In this document: in pieces, positions 39,320 through 44,174 of the stretch
How the letters are laid out: each line of letters begins with the position of its first letter
How positions within the stretch are numbered: position 1 is the first letter of the stretch
DNA from: Deltaproteobacteria bacterium
Lineage (GTDB): Bacteria > SAR324 > NAC60-12
NCBI GenBank assembly: GCA_038150265.1
Contig: JAYOTF010000029.1
Span: 1 to 44,174, forward strand
Direction: 5' to 3'
DNA length: 44,174 bases
Translations under genes and position numbers: made by a program
The notes under the pieces: model-generated
Seen by the model: the letters and a program-made list of their open reading frames with translations, nothing else
Told to the model about the DNA's origin: nothing
Database searches by the model: none

Positions 39320-39942
39320 TGTATCGAGAACCAGGAGAAATGATGGCCAAGCCGAGGAAACAGAACGTGGACCGCGCCAAAGTGCATCAGGCGATTGAGC
39401 TGCTGCTGGACGGGCTCGGTGTGGACCTGCAGGGGAAGCACTTTGCCGAGACCCCGGAACGGGCCTCCAAGGCTTGGGTGGAGGAGCTCTGCAAGGGGCT
39501 GGGCGAAGAAGATTTTTCGCTGACGACCTTCCCGGTGGAAGAGGACTATGAGGCGAGCATGATTGTGCTGCAGCGGATTCCGGTGAAGTCCATGTGTGCG
39601 CACCACTTGCTTCCCTTTGTCGGAGAAGCGACGGTGGCCTACATTCCGGACCAGCTGCTCTGCGGGCTGTCGAAGCTGTCGCGGATCGTGGACTACTTTG
39701 CGCGTCGCCCCCAGGTTCAGGAGGAGTTGACCTCACAGGTGGCGCAGTACCTGTTTGACCAGCTGAAGCCTCAGGGCGTGGGAGTCATCATGAAGGCCTC
39801 CCACATGTGCATGGAAATGCGTGGCGTCAACCACAGTGGCCTGATGACCACCAGTTCGCTCAAGGGCATCTTCCTCAAGGACCCGAAGGTGCGGGAAGAG
39901 TTCATGGCGCTGGCTCATGCTCAGACGCTGAACCGCCTGTAA
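39319..39942 (+). CDS. folE: GTP cyclohydrolase I
   Basis: ETPER, SMCAHHLLPF, GLSKLSRIVD, RRPQVQE, HMCMEMRGV; the start may be 39340 or 39343. Confidence 0.95.
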   Translation: MYREPGEMMAKPRKQNVDRAKVHQAIELLLDGLGVDLQGKHFAETPERASKAWVEELCKGLGEEDFSLTTFPVEEDYEASMIVLQRIPVKSMCAHHLLPFVGEATVAYIPDQLLCGLSKLSRIVDYFARRPQVQEELTSQVAQYLFDQLKPQGVGVIMKASHMCMEMRGVNHSGLMTTSSLKGIFLKDPKVREEFMALAHAQTLNRL

Positions 39943-39955
39943 CCCCTGCCGCTTT

Positions 39956-39991
39956 GCTCCCGGAGGTCATTCCCGCCAGACTTCCGGGGGC
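39956..39991 (+). terminator. Hairpin between the convergent folE and Ig-repeat genes
   Basis: GCTCCCGGAGGTC / GACTTCCGGGGGC 13-bp stem (2 G-U pairs), 10-nt loop, followed by pyrimidine-rich GCTTTCCTCTT. Confidence 0.5.
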
Positions 39992-40039
39992 GCTTTCCTC
40001 TTCTCGAACACCCCCGAAAAACGAGACGCGTCGCCGGGC

Positions 40040-41839
40040 TTACTCTCCGGATTCGATGATGAACCGGATGGTCTTGCTGGCCAGGTTGCCGACGTTGTCT
40101 TCGGCCTCAATTTCCAGCTCATAGGCCCCGGGCTTCTGCAGGGTCAGGGCCTGCTTGTACGGAACCATCTGTGTGCCGTTGCGGTAACGGACTTCCTTGA
40201 GGTTTGCAGAGTCATCAAGCGCAGAGAGGAAGAGCACCGTATAAGGTGGATACGCCTGAACCTGCTCCCCCGAAACCTGATAGGTCCGGACCGGTGCAAT
40301 GCTGAAACGCTCCTGAATGGACGGAGGGGTGTTGTCCACAATCAGCAACACGGGGGTGGGCACCTCTTCATTGCCAACCTGGTCAACTGCGCGGTACTGG
40401 AAGGTGTAGCGTCCTTCTTCATCAATGTTGATCGGTTCGTTGTAGGGCTGGAAGTTCCCCTGCCCCAGGTCATAGCCGATTTCCCGGACCCCCGAGAGGC
40501 GGTCCTGAGACTTGAGCTGGATCGAGGTGTCGGAACGGACCCAGAGGGCATTCATCCCTCGACGGTAGCTCGGACCAATCGCCTGCAGCGTGGTCTCCGG
40601 GGGAGTGCCATCGAGGATGAAGTCGGCCCGCTGGATCAGAGAGCGGTTGTTGAGTGTATCCTCGGCTTCATACTCCAGGCGGAAGGCTCCTTCACTGGCG
40701 GGAATGAGGAAAGGCTCGTTGTAGTCACCGTAAGAGAGCCCATTGATGCGGTAGGTGATGCGTTGGATGTCCACGTGGGCGTCTTCTGCCATGAGGCGGA
40801 TTTTGCTCCGGGCCGAGACGTAGGAGCGGCTGCCTTCTTCGTAAAAGTCGCCCTCAATCGCATGAGACGCTTCCGGACCCGTGCTGTCGAGGAAGTACTG
40901 GACTTCCTGCAGCGGCTCCAGGTTGCCCACGCGGTCTTCCGCCTGAAACCGGAAGGTGTGGTTGCCTTCCTCGAGCCCAGTGAAGTTCACACTGCTATTG
41001 AGGGCCACCTCTCGGAGGGGCTCCTCATTCCACTGGTACCAGGTTCGCTGAACTCCAGAGAGTTCGTCATCACTGCGGATGATGAGCGTGGTCTGCGGTC
41101 CGACAAATCCGGAGGAGGTCACGCCCCCGACTTCTGGCTCGCTGACGGGAGGCGTCTGGTCGAGAATGAGATCGCTGATGCCCACGTCAGAGACCCAGCC
41201 CACGCGATCCAAAGCGTAGTAACGGAGGTGGTAGCGGCCTTCTTTCGTGAGGTTGAGATTGCTTGCAGCCGTGAAGGGCTGCCCGTTGATGGACTGGAAG
41301 ACCTGCTCCACGCTGGAGCCCTCGTCAGAGGCCTGAAGACTGGTTTGGATGCGCTGGGCGAAGTAGCTCCTTCCCCCGGACTCGTAGCGGTTCTTGCCCT
41401 CAACGTCGAGCTGAACGGTGGGGGGAACGCCGTCGGAGAAGAAGCGGTAAAGGGTCTCTTCCTTCGTGAAGTAGTGGAGCCAGCGGACGTACTGGTTCCC
41501 GGTAATTTCCAGACGGATGCCCTGAGTGCGGTAGCGCTCCGACTCCTCCGGAGTGCTGCCGGGCATGCCTTTGAGGAGCAGGTTGTCCTCATTGTTGTCC
41601 GGAGAGGTGCCGAGCCAGATCCAGACGGCTTTGTCCTGAGGCCAGTAAATGTCGCCCTTGCTGTCAACAAAGGGTTTGTGAGTGTGCTGGGGCACCGGCG
41701 CCAGTTGCAGGGAGGCTTCCGGACGGATGGGATCGGCGGATTGCGTGTCAAGCGTCCGGAAGCGTTCCTGGGCGTGAGGGGTGCCGAGCGAAAGTCCGAG
41801 GAACAAGAAGGGGAGCCAGCGAGCAGGGGTGAAGGTCAT
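40040..41839 (-). CDS. Secreted protein with tandem Ig-like (OmpL47-type) beta repeats
   Basis: Signal peptide ('PHA|Q'); about five ~90-aa units of the form D.TPP...L.S.D..SGV..I.Y......Y......EG.Y...Y.A.D.VGN.E. Confidence 0.8.
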   Translation of the reverse strand: MTFTPARWLPFLFLGLSLGTPHAQERFRTLDTQSADPIRPEASLQLAPVPQHTHKPFVDSKGDIYWPQDKAVWIWLGTSPDNNEDNLLLKGMPGSTPEESERYRTQGIRLEITGNQYVRWLHYFTKEETLYRFFSDGVPPTVQLDVEGKNRYESGGRSYFAQRIQTSLQASDEGSSVEQVFQSINGQPFTAASNLNLTKEGRYHLRYYALDRVGWVSDVGISDLILDQTPPVSEPEVGGVTSSGFVGPQTTLIIRSDDELSGVQRTWYQWNEEPLREVALNSSVNFTGLEEGNHTFRFQAEDRVGNLEPLQEVQYFLDSTGPEASHAIEGDFYEEGSRSYVSARSKIRLMAEDAHVDIQRITYRINGLSYGDYNEPFLIPASEGAFRLEYEAEDTLNNRSLIQRADFILDGTPPETTLQAIGPSYRRGMNALWVRSDTSIQLKSQDRLSGVREIGYDLGQGNFQPYNEPINIDEEGRYTFQYRAVDQVGNEEVPTPVLLIVDNTPPSIQERFSIAPVRTYQVSGEQVQAYPPYTVLFLSALDDSANLKEVRYRNGTQMVPYKQALTLQKPGAYELEIEAEDNVGNLASKTIRFIIESGE

Positions 41840-42072
41840 GGTCGGTTCTTACTTGTGTGAGTAGATCTGGAAGGGGAGCATGCGGTGTCGAATTCCCCTA
41901 CAGGTTGTCCCTTATTTTTTCCGGATTGTCAAACACTCCAGCAGCAGGAGTCGGCTGGCCTCCGGAAGCGAGCGCGGCTTCTGCTGAAGAATGCCTGGCG
42001 CCAGGCGGACCGTTGGGATGAGAGGACACTCAAGAAATGGGCAAAAAACCGGATTTGTTTGGTTTTTTTATG

Positions 42073-42100
42073 TTGAATCGATTTAGCAAACGCCTAAAAT
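42073..42100 (+). promoter_or_regulatory. Putative sigma70 promoter of eno
   Basis: TTGAAT-16 nt-TAAAAT, preceded by an AT-rich UP-like tract. Confidence 0.5.
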
Positions 42101-42115
42101 GAAGCGTTTCCTTGA

Positions 42116-43411
<1,296 letters not shown>

Positions 43412-43414
43412 TCG

Positions 43415-43849
43415 TCACTCTGCAGGGACCAGCGTTCCTGCAGAGGTGATCTGAAAGGAGGCTCCTCCGATTTGGATCACCTGTCCTTCCGGAGCGCGGA
43501 CCTGGAGTTTCTGCTTCAGGGTCTCGGCGCTCCACCCTTCACAGTCGACCTCTTGAGTCCCTGCCTCCACAACCAGTAGATCCCTGGCTGCCAACGCGGC
43601 ATCCAGCGACTCAAAGGGCCCTGCCAGTTCCTCACTCATTGACGTGTACCAGTACTGACCCGCCCACTCACACACCAGCTCGATTTCCGCTTCGAGGGCT
43701 GAGGATCCGGAGTAGCGGCGAAATACGGGATTTCCCTCTTCCAGAATTGCTTCCAATGCTTCAAACTGGAGGCCTTCTTCATCCGCCAGCACCTCTGGTG
43801 GCACCTCCTGAAGAAAAGACGGCGGGAGGGTGTCTCTGAGGTTTTTCAT
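43415..43849 (-). CDS. Acidic hypothetical protein
   Basis: 144-aa ATG ORF convergent with eno; protein-like composition; no recognised family. Confidence 0.6.
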   Translation of the reverse strand: MKNLRDTLPPSFLQEVPPEVLADEEGLQFEALEAILEEGNPVFRRYSGSSALEAEIELVCEWAGQYWYTSMSEELAGPFESLDAALAARDLLVVEAGTQEVDCEGWSAETLKQKLQVRAPEGQVIQIGGASFQITSAGTLVPAE

Positions 43850-43861
43850 GATTCAACCAAA

Positions 43862-44174
43862 ATGAAAGTACTCTTAATTAGCGTAAGAGATGATGGAGGA
43901 GGGGCGAAGCACCTTCTTCAAATTCTGACTCATCACCAAAGCGAGATTGAGTTTTATGTCGCTGCTCCTCTCAGGAACCCACTTGGCACTCAGATTCAGG
44001 AGCATGCTGATTGCTTTATTGAAATCCCCTTCCGTCGCTTTTCCCTGCTTGCCTTTTTGAAACTGGCTTTTCTCTGCAAACGGGAGGGAATCACAACGGT
44101 TCACTCTCACGGAAGAGGAGCCGGATGGTACTCTCGGGGCTTGAAGCTGTTTGGCCTACGGGTGATCCATACGT
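43862..44174 (+). CDS. Glycosyltransferase family 4 (GT-B), 5' partial
   Basis: Not in the ORF track because it runs off the window. Reads MKVLLISVRDDGGGAKHLLQI...ITTVHSHGRGAGWYSR...RVIHT, a typical GT4 N-domain; visibly lower GC. Confidence 0.8.
   Translation, partial: MKVLLISVRDDGGGAKHLLQILTHHQSEIEFYVAAPLRNPLGTQIQEHADCFIEIPFRRFSLLAFLKLAFLCKREGITTVHSHGRGAGWYSRGLKLFGLRVIHT

Noticed and set aside
43874..44110. 78-aa minus-strand ORF
   Set aside because: Antisense to the GT4 glycosyltransferase 5' end.

Overview
GC-rich bacterial chromosomal region made up mostly of housekeeping genes. Gene content and protein styles suggest a deltaproteobacterial or SAR324-like lineage, which is an inference only. 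Gene order: corA, bcp, an orphan PAS histidine kinase, then a long mostly minus-strand block (hrpA, EamA, paaZ, purB, lipoprotein, guaB, TerB-like on +, degenerate ClpB-like, aspartate kinase, Lrp/AsnC, TPR, selA, rne, xseB, aroK, mnmA, hypotheticals, S41-like, rsmA). Next come glnB-ptsP-holA-GNAT-patatin (+), gpx (-), queD-folE (+), an Ig/OmpL47-like repeat protein (-), eno (+), a hypothetical (-) and the 5' end of a GT4 glycosyltransferase (+). I saw no tRNA, rRNA, CRISPR array or mobile element. Highlights: (1) the Bcp/PrxQ peroxiredoxin is split in the ORF track because its peroxidatic residue is an in-frame UGA followed by a SECIS-like hairpin, which makes it a Cys-free selenoprotein, and selA lies in the same window; (2) a recurrent sigma54-like promoter variant (GGCAC-N5-CTGAAG, -12 GA rather than GC) precedes glnB, queD and gpx; (3) a second intergenic motif (GCAGGARTCGGCT) occurs three times; (4) a full-length ClpB paralogue has degenerate ATPase motifs in both rings; (5) the RNase E lacks the Zn-link cysteines and has a histone-H1-like repeat tail; (6) the aspartate kinase is of the fungal Hom3 type.
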